In this document: piece by piece, positions 19,492 through 28,846 of the stretch
Layout of the letters: each line of letters begins with the position of its first letter
How positions within the stretch are numbered: position 1 is the first letter of the stretch
Assembly (NCBI GenBank): GCA_022710715.1
Contig: JAKLGJ010000001.1
Location: 490,041-554,040, forward strand
DNA from: Candidatus Omnitrophota bacterium
GTDB taxonomy: Bacteria > Omnitrophota > Gorgyraeia > Gygaellales > Profunditerraquicolaceae
Length of the DNA: 64,000 nucleotides
Direction: 5' to 3'
Notes under the pieces: model-generated
The model's database searches: none
Told to the model about the DNA's origin: nothing
Seen by the model: only the letters and a program-made list of their open reading frames with translations
Position numbers and translations under genes: made by a program

Positions 19492-20247
19492 TCAGACGAT
19501 CGTTTGGTGCGTCTTGTTGGTGCGCAATTTCGCCAGCTCCCAGCTGTATTCGTACAGGTGCAATCCTTTGCTCATTGCGACGATCTCGCCGTCCTCGACG
19601 CCGATTTCGTCAGCCATGTATTTCTTTACCAGCTGCAGCCCTCCCAGGTTGGACGGAAATCCTCCCCAGAGATCCCAGGAGCGGAAATAAAGATAGAAAT
19701 GCAATTTACCGTAGCGCACCCGGGTATCGATCAACCGCAGGCACGGCGGATCGGTCAGCTTGATGTCCGAGGGCATGCCGATCTCCATGATCGCCTGGTT
19801 GGTGCCGAAGCCCTGGGTTTTGTAAATCTTGATCACCTCTTCGACCTGGTTGCAGTCCAGGGGCATCTCCTGGATCATTTCTTTGCCTGCGGCATTCTTC
19901 TGCTTGATCCTGACTTTCGGCTCGACCAGCCGTTCGCCGTAGGTGTAATCTTCGGTTTCGGTCTTGGTTCCGGTGAGCAGATAACTTAAGTAGCCCTGGA
20001 TGTACTCCATGTCCGTAGGCGCCGGGATGTTCATGCCTTCAGGAATGATCGGGATGATCTGATGAGCGGGATGCTTGACGCGAATGACCGCCAGATCGAA
20101 TTCCAGGCGGCGCTGTCCCTCATAACTGCCCCGGGTAATGGTATAAACATGCCCCTTGTCCAGGATGCGGCTCAAGGTTTGGAACCAGGCGTCATCCAGG
20201 TCGAATGAATCGATAAAAACCGGTTCGAGGAACTCTTTTTCGGACAT
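19492..20247 (-). CDS. thyA: thymidylate synthase (ThyA) family protein, divergent/archaeal-like
   Basis: PPCLRLIDTRVRYGKLHFYLYFRSWDLWGGFPSNLGGLQL aligns to ThyA [41 protein letters not shown] including the catalytic Cys. ORF-caller N-terminus overlaps tRNA-Gly; start set to MSEKEF (alternative 20280). Confidence 0.55.
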   Translation of the reverse strand: MSEKEFLEPVFIDSFDLDDAWFQTLSRILDKGHVYTITRGSYEGQRRLEFDLAVIRVKHPAHQIIPIIPEGMNIPAPTDMEYIQGYLSYLLTGTKTETEDYTYGERLVEPKVRIKQKNAAGKEMIQEMPLDCNQVEEVIKIYKTQGFGTNQAIMEIGMPSDIKLTDPPCLRLIDTRVRYGKLHFYLYFRSWDLWGGFPSNLGGLQLVKKYMADEIGVEDGEIVAMSKGLHLYEYSWELAKLRTNKTHQTIV

Positions 20248-20292
20248 GGTCGCGGGTTGGATTTCCCTCCCTCTTTTCATTCCGAGTTGAAG

Positions 20293-20366
20293 TGGAGCGG
20301 GAGAAGGGAATCGAACCCTCATATATAGCTTGGAAGGCTATTGTTCTACCACTGAACTACTCCCGC
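20293..20366 (-). tRNA. tRNA-Gly (anticodon UCC), CCA encoded
   Basis: Acceptor GCGGGAG/CTCCCGC, D-loop AGTGGTA, anticodon loop CUUCCAA, T-loop TTCGATT. Confidence 0.9.
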
Positions 20367-20934
20367 AAACTTGTTCGCGCGCCGGCATAAAAAGCCGTTT
20401 CGCGTTGAAGAAAATTCTTATGAGCGCGATGCTCATCAGCTCCCAATAGGGCGTGGTAATCAGCGGTTTGGACCAGGCATATTCGATGAATAATGAGAGC
20501 GCGATTACCACCAGCCACAGGCAGATGCCCGCGATTCTATAGGTTTTTTCAACCGCCGGGCGTTGAGCTTTATTCACCAGGTACAGCAGCGCCGCCGCAG
20601 TTACGGGAGCAAACAGTAAATGGATCCAGAAACTGTTTGCCGGGCTGGAGGGCCTGACCGGTCCGAGTAAAAGCGCCATCGCGATCAAAAGGATGTACGG
20701 CCCGCGCAGTCGTTCCGATCTCGTTCTCACATACGCGAAATCAACTGCCATAAAAAGAAAGAGCGATGCGATTAACCATTCGCTGCCGTTAATCCAGATT
20801 CTGTTTATCTGGAACTTGTCGGCCCATGCTGCAATCGTGGGCCAGAGTTTGGTGAAGAAAAAACGCGCCAGGATCGCGTACAACGCCACGATAAAAGCGT
20901 AGTATGCAGCACGCACCCACAGGTCTTTTCTCAT
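20338..20934 (-). CDS. hypothetical polytopic membrane protein
   Basis: 198-aa ORF with about 6 hydrophobic segments, between tRNA-Gly and tRNA-Tyr; 3' end overlaps tRNA-Gly by ~29 nt. Confidence 0.4.
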   Translation of the reverse strand: MRKDLWVRAAYYAFIVALYAILARFFFTKLWPTIAAWADKFQINRIWINGSEWLIASLFLFMAVDFAYVRTRSERLRGPYILLIAMALLLGPVRPSSPANSFWIHLLFAPVTAAALLYLVNKAQRPAVEKTYRIAGICLWLVVIALSLFIEYAWSKPLITTPYWELMSIALIRIFFNAKRLFMPAREQVCGSSSVVEQ

Positions 20935-20961
20935 CGTGCTCTGCCTTGTTGTTGCAAAAAC

Positions 20962-21047
20962 TGGTGGACAGGGAGGGATTCGAACCCCCGAAGCGCAAGC
21001 GCAACAGATTTACAGTCTGTCCCCTTTAGCCACTTGGGTACCTGTCC
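20962..21047 (-). tRNA. tRNA-Tyr (anticodon GUA), long variable arm, CCA encoded
   Basis: Acceptor GGACAGG/CCTGTCC, U8, D-arm CCCA-AGTGGCTAA-AGGG, anticodon loop CUGUAAA, long variable arm, T-loop TTCGAAT. Confidence 0.9.
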
Positions 21048-21074
21048 ACTGAAAGTCAAATTTTCAAAGATTTA

Positions 21075-21147
21075 AGCCGGCTAGAGGAATCGAACCCCCG
21101 CCCCGCGGTTTACAAAACCGCTGCTCTACCGACTGAGCTAAGCCGGC
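21075..21147 (-). tRNA. tRNA-Thr (anticodon UGU), no encoded CCA
   Basis: Acceptor GCCGGCT/AGCCGGC, D-loop AGTCGGTA, anticodon loop UUUGUAA, T-loop TTCGATT. Confidence 0.9.
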
Positions 21148-21151
21148 ACGA

Positions 21152-22021
21152 CTATTTCCGCGACGCGCGTTGCAGCGCTTTCGGCAGATAATCAATTATA
21201 TCCGAAGCGATGAGGCTTAGCTGCCCTTTTGATCCGGCAGCCAGATCGCCGGCTAAACCGTGTACATACACGCCGTATTGCGCGGCTTCGAACGAATCCA
21301 GCCCCTGGCTTAAAAAAGCGGCAATAATTCCCGTAAGGACATCGCCGCTTCCAGCTGTGGCCATACCGGGGTTACCGGTCCTATTAATATAGAGTCGCTG
21401 CGCTCCATCAGAGACCACTGTCTGGTGGCCTTTCAGCACAGTTATACTATTATAATTAGACGCAAATGTTTTTGCAACTTTTTTTCTTAGCTTTTTTACC
21501 CCGGGTTTGGAGGTTCCCAGCAGGCGCGCCATCTCGCCCGGATGCGGGGTTACGATCGTCCCGTGCTTTACCCGCGTTTTCTTCGCTAAAAGATCAAGAT
21601 GTCCGCTCAAGGCATTCAGCCCGTCCGCGTCCAGAATCAGCTTGACCGCAGCCCGCTGCACCAGTTTACGTATCAGTTGCTGCGTAGATCTGTTCTGCGA
21701 CAATCCCGGACCGATAACCAGCACATTGATGTCTTCGAGAAAGCGCATCACCGGTCTGTACGCGCTCAAGCTCACCGTCCCCTCTTTTGTTTCCGGCAAC
21801 GGCAGGGTCATCACTTCCCTGGGTTTGATCCTGATCACCGGATTGTTGATGCTTTCCGGCAAAGCCAGTGTGACCAGCCCGGCGCCCGCACGCATTGCCG
21901 CCCCGGCGCACAAAACGCCTGCACCGGAAAAACGCTTGCTTCCGGCCAGGATAAGGATATGGCCGTAATCACCTTTGTGGGAATCAGGCTTTCTTCGTCG
22001 CAATAGCGTGGGCAACAGCAT
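21152..22021 (-). CDS. nnrD: ADP-dependent NAD(P)H-hydrate dehydratase (YjeF C-terminal domain)
   Basis: HKGDYGHILILAGS and GSGDVLTG motifs. Confidence 0.85.
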   Translation of the reverse strand: MLLPTLLRRRKPDSHKGDYGHILILAGSKRFSGAGVLCAGAAMRAGAGLVTLALPESINNPVIRIKPREVMTLPLPETKEGTVSLSAYRPVMRFLEDINVLVIGPGLSQNRSTQQLIRKLVQRAAVKLILDADGLNALSGHLDLLAKKTRVKHGTIVTPHPGEMARLLGTSKPGVKKLRKKVAKTFASNYNSITVLKGHQTVVSDGAQRLYINRTGNPGMATAGSGDVLTGIIAAFLSQGLDSFEAAQYGVYVHGLAGDLAAGSKGQLSLIASDIIDYLPKALQRASRK

Positions 22022-22340
22022 AGTTCTTGACGTGGGATATGGAAATGTGGATGATTATACCTTTTGCTTTGTTATTGAGCACTTTGCACGACGGCCTTCC
22101 GTGTTTGTCATTGGTGATGCAAATGTCCTTAAAACCGATCCGCTGGTTGCCGACCGCTTTGAATACCGCTTCTTTAGCGGCAAACCTTCCGGCGAGATTC
22201 TGGAATTTACTGACTTTCGCTTCGCAATACGCCAGTTCGTCAGCCGTGAATATGCGGTGGGAGAAATTCTTCCCCCATTTTTCGATGGACTGGCGCAGTC
22301 GTTTGACTTCCACTATGTCTATTCCGGTTCCGATAATGAT
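21984..22340 (-). CDS. acpS: holo-[acyl-carrier-protein] synthase
   Basis: IIGTGIDIVEVKRL N-terminus and AAKEAVFKA motif. Conserved N-terminus lies upstream of the first GTG/ATG; AGGAGG at 22347-22352 precedes in-frame ATC-ATT-ATC, suggesting a non-AUG start overlapping the pdxJ 3' end. Confidence 0.75.
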   Translation of the reverse strand: MIIGTGIDIVEVKRLRQSIEKWGKNFSHRIFTADELAYCEAKVSKFQNLAGRFAAKEAVFKAVGNQRIGFKDICITNDKHGRPSCKVLNNKAKGIIIHISISHVKNYAVAHAIATKKA

Positions 22341-23059
22341 GGCAACCCTCCTATGCTGCGTTTCATCTGGCGCACCGCTTTTTCCAGCCCCACAAAAAGA
22401 GCCCGGCAGATGATGGAATACCCGATGTTATACTCTTCGATCTCTTTGATCCGCTTGATCTGTTTGATATTGTCGTAATCCAGGCCGTGGCCGGCAAATA
22501 TCTCGAAGCCGGTCTTGCGCGCGTAGACCGCGGCGGCGCGCAGAATGCGCAGTTCTTTTGCGCGGCTTGCCGCGTTGTCAGCGAGCGCAAACGCTCCGGT
22601 GTGCAGCTCGATGCGTTGAGCGCCGATTTCTCTGGCCCTCTTGATCTGTTTGATGTCCGGATCGATAAAGATGCTCACCGGTATGCCGCCTGCTTCCAGG
22701 CTGCGAATGGTCTTCTGGACGCGAAGCGCCTGGCCGATAACGTCGAGCCCGCCTTCGGTAGTCAGCTCCTGCCTTCGTTCCGGAACCAGGGTGGCCTGAT
22801 CCGGTTTGATCCGGAGAGCGACGCGGACGATCTGCGGATCGATGGACATTTCCAGGTTAAGTTTTGTCCGTATCCCGGCGCGCAGTTTTTTGACATCGGC
22901 ATCGTTGATATGTCTGCGGTCTTCACGCAGATGCACGACAATGCTGTCTGCCCCTGCTTTGATGCAGGCGCGCGCGGCTTCCAGCGGATCGGGAGTTGTT
23001 CCTTTGCGCAGCTGGCGCACGCTGGCGATATGGTCGATATTGACTCCTAGGAGCGGCAT
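22319..23059 (-). CDS. pdxJ: pyridoxine 5'-phosphate synthase
   Basis: MPLLGVNIDHIA...HLREDRRHI PdxJ TIM-barrel signature; 246 aa. Confidence 0.9.
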   Translation of the reverse strand: MPLLGVNIDHIASVRQLRKGTTPDPLEAARACIKAGADSIVVHLREDRRHINDADVKKLRAGIRTKLNLEMSIDPQIVRVALRIKPDQATLVPERRQELTTEGGLDVIGQALRVQKTIRSLEAGGIPVSIFIDPDIKQIKRAREIGAQRIELHTGAFALADNAASRAKELRILRAAAVYARKTGFEIFAGHGLDYDNIKQIKRIKEIEEYNIGYSIICRALFVGLEKAVRQMKRSIGGLPSLSEPE

Positions 23060-23067
23060 AGATGTCA

Positions 23068-23223
23068 GGACGGGTTAAAAATGTTTTTCATTCCCCCGCC
23101 GATTTCCTCGTGGACATAGACCCAGGCCAGCACTGCCAGGATCAGAGCGATGATCTTAAGCCACGGATGATGCGTAAACCAGTGGGTAATGACGTGTTGT
23201 AGACTGATTTTTGTTTTAGTCAT
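23068..23223 (-). CDS. small membrane peptide resembling the N-terminal TM segment of CdaR/YbbR (51 aa)
   Basis: Not in supplied ORF track (<60 aa). ATG overlaps cdaA stop (TAATATG); MTKTKISLQHVITHWFTHHPWLKIIALILAVLAWVYV resembles CdaR N-terminal anchor. Confidence 0.35.
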
Positions 23224-23224
23224 A

Positions 23225-23974
23225 TTAGCCTTTTTCTTTCAGTATGTCTTTGAGCTTTACCAGCAGTTCTTCTTTGCTCAAGTCTTTATACAATTTTGAT
23301 TCAAAGACCAGGGAGATGTCATGGCGTTCTTCGGAAACGATAATGATCAGCGCGTCGGTTTCTTCGCTCAATCCGATGGCTGCCCGGTGTCTGGTGCCGA
23401 ACGCCCGGCTTAATTCCTGGTTCGCGGTTAAGGGGAACAGGCAGCCGGCTGCAGCGATCCTGCCGGCCTGGACGATCACCCCCCCGTCATGCAGTAAACT
23501 GTTGGGAGTGAAGATGGTCTGGATAAGATCGGACGAGACGTTGCTGTCGATAAGGTCCCCGGTTTCGATGTATGGTTTGAGCGGGTCGTTCTTTTCGATG
23601 GCGATGAGCGCGCCGACCCTGTTCTTGCTCAACGTTTCCACGGCAGAGCATAATTCAGTGAGTATCTGGTCGAGCTCCTGCTCTGCCAGCACCGTCTTGA
23701 AAAGGTGCTGTTGGCCCAGTCGAGCCAGCCCCTGACGGATTTCGGGTTGAAATAGGATCAGGAACGCCAGCATTGCCAGTGCGAAGAGTTTGGTCATCAG
23801 CCATTCCAGGACTCCCAGTTGCAGCTGTTGTATGACGAAAAAAGCCACCAGCAGGATGATCATGCCGCGCAATACCTGAATGGCGCGCGTGCCTTCGAAG
23901 AACAAAAGTATGTGGTAGATGACAAACCAGAGTATGCAGATTTCCAGCGCCGTTTTAAGATGCAATACCGTCAT
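23225..23974 (-). CDS. cdaA: diadenylate cyclase (c-di-AMP synthase), membrane-anchored
   Basis: N-terminal TM helices plus DAC-domain motifs DGGVIV and RHRAAIGLSE. Confidence 0.85.
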   Translation of the reverse strand: MTVLHLKTALEICILWFVIYHILLFFEGTRAIQVLRGMIILLVAFFVIQQLQLGVLEWLMTKLFALAMLAFLILFQPEIRQGLARLGQQHLFKTVLAEQELDQILTELCSAVETLSKNRVGALIAIEKNDPLKPYIETGDLIDSNVSSDLIQTIFTPNSLLHDGGVIVQAGRIAAAGCLFPLTANQELSRAFGTRHRAAIGLSEETDALIIIVSEERHDISLVFESKLYKDLSKEELLVKLKDILKEKG

Positions 23975-25188
23975 GATAAGTTATACCTCTTGGTTTGAAT
24001 GATCGCCCGGGTTATCTTGAGCGCCTGGGCAGTTTCTTTAACGTCGTGAACGCGCAGGATATGAGCGCCGCGGGAAGCGGCGACAACACAACTTGCCACA
24101 GAACCGATTATCCTTTCCTGCGGCTGGGTCCCCAGTATCTTCCCGATGAACGATTTGCGCGAAACGCCGACCAGTATGGGCAGACCGAGGATCTTGAATT
24201 CTTCCAGGCGGGAGAGGATTTCCAGGTTGTTTTCCAGGGTTTTGCCGAACCCGATGCCCGGATCGATGATCAATGCGTCCTCGGGTATGCCTGTTTCAAG
24301 CGCTTTGCCGATCGCTTGTCTGAAAAAAGCCATAAGGTCGACGATCAGCGAGGTATATACCGGTTGTTTTTGCATGGTGCGCGGAGTACCCCGCATGTGC
24401 ATGATCACTGCGCCGGCGCGGTATCGTCTTACCAACGCGCGCATGCGGCTGTTTTTCAATCCGGTGATATCGTTAACGATACTGGCGCCGTTTTCCAGAG
24501 CCGCGTGCGCGACTTCCGGTTTGCAGGTATCGATGGAAAGCGGGATTGCGCTGTGGCGGGCGAGAGCTTTGATCACGGGAATAGTGCGCCGGAGTTCTTC
24601 CCTGGCCGAAACCGCCCGCGCTCCCGGTCGGCTGGATTCTCCGCCGATATCCAGGATATCCGCTCCTTCGGCGGCCATGCGCAGCGCGAGTTCGCGCGCG
24701 GCATCAACCGCCCGGGGGCCGTATAACCCGTCGCCGCTGAATGAATCGGGCGTCAGGTTGATGATGCCCATGATCAGGGGTTTGGCTCCCAGCCGCAGGT
24801 TCTGCCGGGGCAAGCGCAGCACGAAATCCGGTTTTTCAAATCGCTTCAGGCTGTCGCGCAATTCCTGCCCTATGGTTGCCAGGCCGAACGGCTGCACGGC
24901 GAGTTTCTTGATCAGCGCTTCAAAATGAGCCCGCGAACCGATCAATAAGCAATCGGTTTTCCGGGAGCCGCCGGTCAATGCCTCTCTCGGCAGAGCGGCT
25001 TCGGCTCCCAGCGAGAGCATTTCCTGTTTTAAGATCGTTGCGGCAATGCAGGAGATCCCCCGGGCGCGGATGAGATAATGAATGGCTTTGGGCAGCATGA
25101 TCTCGATGCCGTACGGGTCGACCTTGAGTTCGGTAAAGGCCTGATGGAGGCTATGCCTGTCCTTGATTGCGAGTATCTGTAGCGCCAC
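23971..25188 (-). CDS. folP: dihydropteroate synthase with ~130-aa N-terminal extension
   Basis: INLTPDSFSGDG, DIGGESSRPGA, GFGKT pterin-binding motifs begin near residue 135; N-terminal domain unassigned. Confidence 0.8.
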   Translation of the reverse strand: MALQILAIKDRHSLHQAFTELKVDPYGIEIMLPKAIHYLIRARGISCIAATILKQEMLSLGAEAALPREALTGGSRKTDCLLIGSRAHFEALIKKLAVQPFGLATIGQELRDSLKRFEKPDFVLRLPRQNLRLGAKPLIMGIINLTPDSFSGDGLYGPRAVDAARELALRMAAEGADILDIGGESSRPGARAVSAREELRRTIPVIKALARHSAIPLSIDTCKPEVAHAALENGASIVNDITGLKNSRMRALVRRYRAGAVIMHMRGTPRTMQKQPVYTSLIVDLMAFFRQAIGKALETGIPEDALIIDPGIGFGKTLENNLEILSRLEEFKILGLPILVGVSRKSFIGKILGTQPQERIIGSVASCVVAASRGAHILRVHDVKETAQALKITRAIIQTKRYNLS

Positions 25189-27055
25189 TGTCGGTTTCTT
25201 CCTTTTTCTCCATCCCCAGCAGTTTTTTCACTTCTTCGCCGTCTAGGATTTCTTTTTCCAGCAGGGTAACTGACAGAAGTTTCAATTTATCGATGTGCTG
25301 CGTGAGCATTTCTTTGGCGCGCGCGTAACAGTCGTCGACGATGCTTTTAATTTCCTCGTCTATCAACTTGGCGGTATGGTCGCTGTAGTTGCGTTCTTCC
25401 ACGATATCCCGCCCCAGGAATACCAGACCGTCGCGTTTACCCAGCGTAAGGTTGCCGAGTTTCTCCGACATCCCGAATTGAGTGACCATACGCCGGGCCA
25501 TGGTAGTGGCGGTTTCCAGGTCGTTCTGCGCGCCGGTGGTGACTTCGTTGAGGTTGATCTCTTCGGATGCGCGTCCGCCGAGCATCATGGTTATTTCGGA
25601 TAAAAGCTCGCGTTTTGTCCAATAATGCCGGTCTTCCAGCGGCGGCGTAAAGGTGTATCCGCCCGCCATGCCGCGGGGAATAATAGACACTTTCTTCAGG
25701 GGATTGACTTCCGGCAGAAGCAGCGACAGCAAGGAGTGTCCCGATTCGTGCAGAGAGGTGATCTCTTTTTCCTTCTTGGACATGATCCGGTGCTTCTTTT
25801 CCGGCCCCATCAGCACGCGTTCGATCGATTTTTCCATGTCGATCGTTTCCACGACTTCTTTGTTGTACCGCGCCGCCAGTAATGCCGCTTCATTGCACAG
25901 ATTCGCCAGGTCGGCTCCCGAAAATCCCGGAGTCTGGCTGGCCAGTGATTTCAGGTCCACATTGGGAGCGATCTTGATTTTACGCGTGTGCACCTTGAGG
26001 ATCTCTTCTCTGCCTTTGATATCCGGAAGGTTGACTACGATGTGGCGGTCGAATCTGCCCGGCCGCAGCAGCGCCGGATCAAGGGTATCCGGCCGGTTGG
26101 TGGCGGCAACCAGGATCAATCCCTTGGTGGTGTCAAACCCGTCCATTTCCACCAGAAGCGCGTTCAAGGTCTGTTCGCGTTCGTCATGACCTCCGCCTAT
26201 GCCGGAGAAACGCAGCCGGCCCACCGCGTCGATCTCGTCGATAAAGATGATCGCGCCTTTACCTGAAGTGCTGGCTGCCCTCCGGCCCTGCTCGAAAAGA
26301 TCCCGCACGCGGCTGGCGCCTACTCCGACGAACATCTCCACAAAATCCGAACCCGACAGGCTGAAAAAAGGCACGCCCGCTTCCCCGGAAACCGCTTTGG
26401 CGATAAGGGTTTTGCCGCAGCCCGGAGGTCCGACCAGCAATACGCCTTTGGGAATTTTTCCGCCGAGTTTCTGGAATTTTTTGGGGTCTTTCAGGAATTC
26501 AATGACTTCTTTCAACTCTTCTTTGGCTTCATCCACGCCGGCCACGTCGTTAAAGGTGACTTTTTCGTCGCGTTCCGAATTAAGCTTTGCGCGGATTTTG
26601 CCGAAAGACATGATCCGGCTCCCCAATTGTTCTCCCCGGGAAGCCATCATCCACCAGAACAGGATCAATAACAGCACCGGGCCGAGCGTATAAAACACGC
26701 TTGCCCAGAGCGTTTGCGCGGGTTTGACATTGAACAGTTTCAGGTTCTTGCGCATGAGATCAAGAAGGTCGGGGTCATTATCCGGGATCTGCAGCCGGAA
26801 TTTTCCCACGGCTTTCGATTCGCCTTCGACCCTGTTCTCGGTTTTGAACAGCGTGACCGAGGTCAGGTCGTCGGGGCTGTCTTTTAACCGGCCGTAAAAT
26901 TCCGTGTAGGTCATTTCTTTAGGGAATCCTCCCGGTACCGGCGCGCTGAATTGATTCAAGAGCGCCAGGAACGCCAGGATAGCTAACATCCATCCCCAGG
27001 GAAAATTCTTAACTAGCTTATTTCGCTTTGGTTTATGTTGTTTATTGCTTGCCAT
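25151..27055 (-). CDS. ftsH: ATP-dependent zinc metalloprotease FtsH
   Basis: N-terminal TMs, AAA+ Walker A GPPGCGKT, second region of homology, HEXGH zinc site (HESGH). Confidence 0.95.
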   Translation of the reverse strand: MASNKQHKPKRNKLVKNFPWGWMLAILAFLALLNQFSAPVPGGFPKEMTYTEFYGRLKDSPDDLTSVTLFKTENRVEGESKAVGKFRLQIPDNDPDLLDLMRKNLKLFNVKPAQTLWASVFYTLGPVLLLILFWWMMASRGEQLGSRIMSFGKIRAKLNSERDEKVTFNDVAGVDEAKEELKEVIEFLKDPKKFQKLGGKIPKGVLLVGPPGCGKTLIAKAVSGEAGVPFFSLSGSDFVEMFVGVGASRVRDLFEQGRRAASTSGKGAIIFIDEIDAVGRLRFSGIGGGHDEREQTLNALLVEMDGFDTTKGLILVAATNRPDTLDPALLRPGRFDRHIVVNLPDIKGREEILKVHTRKIKIAPNVDLKSLASQTPGFSGADLANLCNEAALLAARYNKEVVETIDMEKSIERVLMGPEKKHRIMSKKEKEITSLHESGHSLLSLLLPEVNPLKKVSIIPRGMAGGYTFTPPLEDRHYWTKRELLSEITMMLGGRASEEINLNEVTTGAQNDLETATTMARRMVTQFGMSEKLGNLTLGKRDGLVFLGRDIVEERNYSDHTAKLIDEEIKSIVDDCYARAKEMLTQHIDKLKLLSVTLLEKEILDGEEVKKLLGMEKKEETDSGATDTRNQGQA

Positions 27056-27164
27056 CGTATTCTCCGTGATAAGCTGTTTGGCCTCGGCTAACAGCGACTG
27101 ACCCCTCTTATGCTCTCAAGAGTAACATATTATTATAGTTAGGTTTATCGTTAAAATCAAGGAT

Positions 27165-28133
27165 TTATTGCCGTCGACGGATTGCGAGGCGGGTTTTCGC
27201 TTTGACCGCGTAAATGTTGCGAGGCAAATGCACAATGGCATTATCCGGACGGTTGCGGATAAGGTCTTCGATTTCCCGGATATGTTTGAAGGTGATTCTG
27301 CGCATATCCCCCTGGGTCCGGGCGATCGCCTGTCGCAGGACCAGCCGTTGCATGGCCGGATGCATCTTGAGCCAGACGGGGATCGCGATCGTCCTTCCCA
27401 TCCGCTTCAGCAGTGCGTCGGCTTGTTGAAGAAGATAATCGTAGTCTTGACCGGCGCTCTCCGCGGTGTGGCTCATGATTTCTTTGACGTTGCGGTTATA
27501 CTCTTTCTCCAGCAGCGGCAGTAAACGGTTGCGGATGCGATTGCGCAGATATATATCCTGCGCGTTGGACGAATCGCGCCGTGCGACAATTTTTTTCTTG
27601 CGCAGATAGGATTCGATTTCCCGGCGGCGAGTCTCGAGCAGAGGGCGGATGATGGTGTAACCGTCAATGACGCGCCTGGTCGAGATCGCTGATAAACCGG
27701 ATAATCCGCTTCCCCGGAGCAGCCGCATTAACACGGTTTCCGCTTGATCGTCGAGAGTATGGCCCAGGGCGATCGCGGATGCTTTGATCGATCGGGCGAT
27801 GCGGAAAAAAAACGCGTGCCGGGCCTTTCGGGCGTTGTCTTCCAGCGAACCGGGTCGCTGGAGTCGTTCCGGATTGAGTCGTTCGATGTGGATCGGGATG
27901 TTCAACTGTTCGCATACGCGGTTCACAAAAGCGGCGTCTGCGCGGGACGCCCGGCGTAAGCCGTGATCCAGATGCGCCACATGCAGGTTAAGGGCATAGT
28001 CTCTGCGCAGGGCATACAGACAGAAGAGCAATGTCAGGGAATCCGGCCCGCCGGAAACGCCGATGAGTACCGTCTGCTTTTTTTTAAGCAGCGCATGATC
28101 CTTGATCGTTTTTCTGACCTGGGTAATCAGCAC
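27165..28133 (-). CDS. tilS: tRNA(Ile)-lysidine synthase
   Basis: SGGPDSLTLL PP-loop motif; immediately upstream of ftsH. Confidence 0.85.
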   Translation of the reverse strand: MLITQVRKTIKDHALLKKKQTVLIGVSGGPDSLTLLFCLYALRRDYALNLHVAHLDHGLRRASRADAAFVNRVCEQLNIPIHIERLNPERLQRPGSLEDNARKARHAFFFRIARSIKASAIALGHTLDDQAETVLMRLLRGSGLSGLSAISTRRVIDGYTIIRPLLETRRREIESYLRKKKIVARRDSSNAQDIYLRNRIRNRLLPLLEKEYNRNVKEIMSHTAESAGQDYDYLLQQADALLKRMGRTIAIPVWLKMHPAMQRLVLRQAIARTQGDMRRITFKHIREIEDLIRNRPDNAIVHLPRNIYAVKAKTRLAIRRRQ

Positions 28134-28156
28134 GGGTAGATGGGGTTAGCGGAGGA

Positions 28157-28606
28157 TTATGACAGTTTGTTCAGGAACTCTTCCATCCGTCTGCGGTGAT
28201 CTTTTGTCGCCTCGGCAAGATTATACAACACTTCTTTCAGTTCCGGAGAATCGGTCTGGAAGATGGTAAAAAATTCTTTTTCCAGGAGTAAACTCTCGAT
28301 CTTCAAGCTGTTGGTCAGCGCGTCTTTCACTGTTTTTGACTGTTCCTGGAACTGGGCCAGAATGGTTTCCAGCCGGCTGTAGAGCTCCTGGAGGCTTTCT
28401 TTGTTGAACCGTTTATCGTTGAACGACACCAGTCCCTGCTCTGCCTTGGCGTGCAGGTCGCGGATCCAGCGGGCATGGTCGATCTCTTCGGCGCCGATCT
28501 TGCCCCAGAATTCCCTGTGCTCCGGGAATTTTCGGGCATAGGCAAAATAGTGCCGGCTGATCATTTCTTCCATCCCGGACATGATTTCAGCGATATTCGA
28601 TTCCAT
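28157..28606 (-). CDS. ferritin-like/rubrerythrin-like four-helix protein (hypothetical)
   Basis: ExxH-type motifs (EEIDHARW, ATKDHRRR) in predicted helices; 149 aa. Confidence 0.4.
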   Translation of the reverse strand: MESNIAEIMSGMEEMISRHYFAYARKFPEHREFWGKIGAEEIDHARWIRDLHAKAEQGLVSFNDKRFNKESLQELYSRLETILAQFQEQSKTVKDALTNSLKIESLLLEKEFFTIFQTDSPELKEVLYNLAEATKDHRRRMEEFLNKLS

Positions 28607-28846
28607 GCAACCGCTCCTTTAAAGGGTTAGTTCAGTTTCATAAAGAAAACAGGATACGCGACGATGAGCAGCACCAGTATCACGCCGATAACGACAAAAA
28701 GAATCGCCCACCATTCGCCTTGGTCCAGCGCTGCCGCTATCAGTCGAGCGACGCGGCTGCTGAAGAAGCCACTCATCTTGCGTATTATTGAACGCGGCGG
28801 ATGCGCACGGATAAATCGCGCGCTTCCGCCGCGTCTATCGCCTGTC

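Noticed and set aside
22487-23050. 187-aa plus-strand ORF
   Set aside because: Antisense to pdxJ
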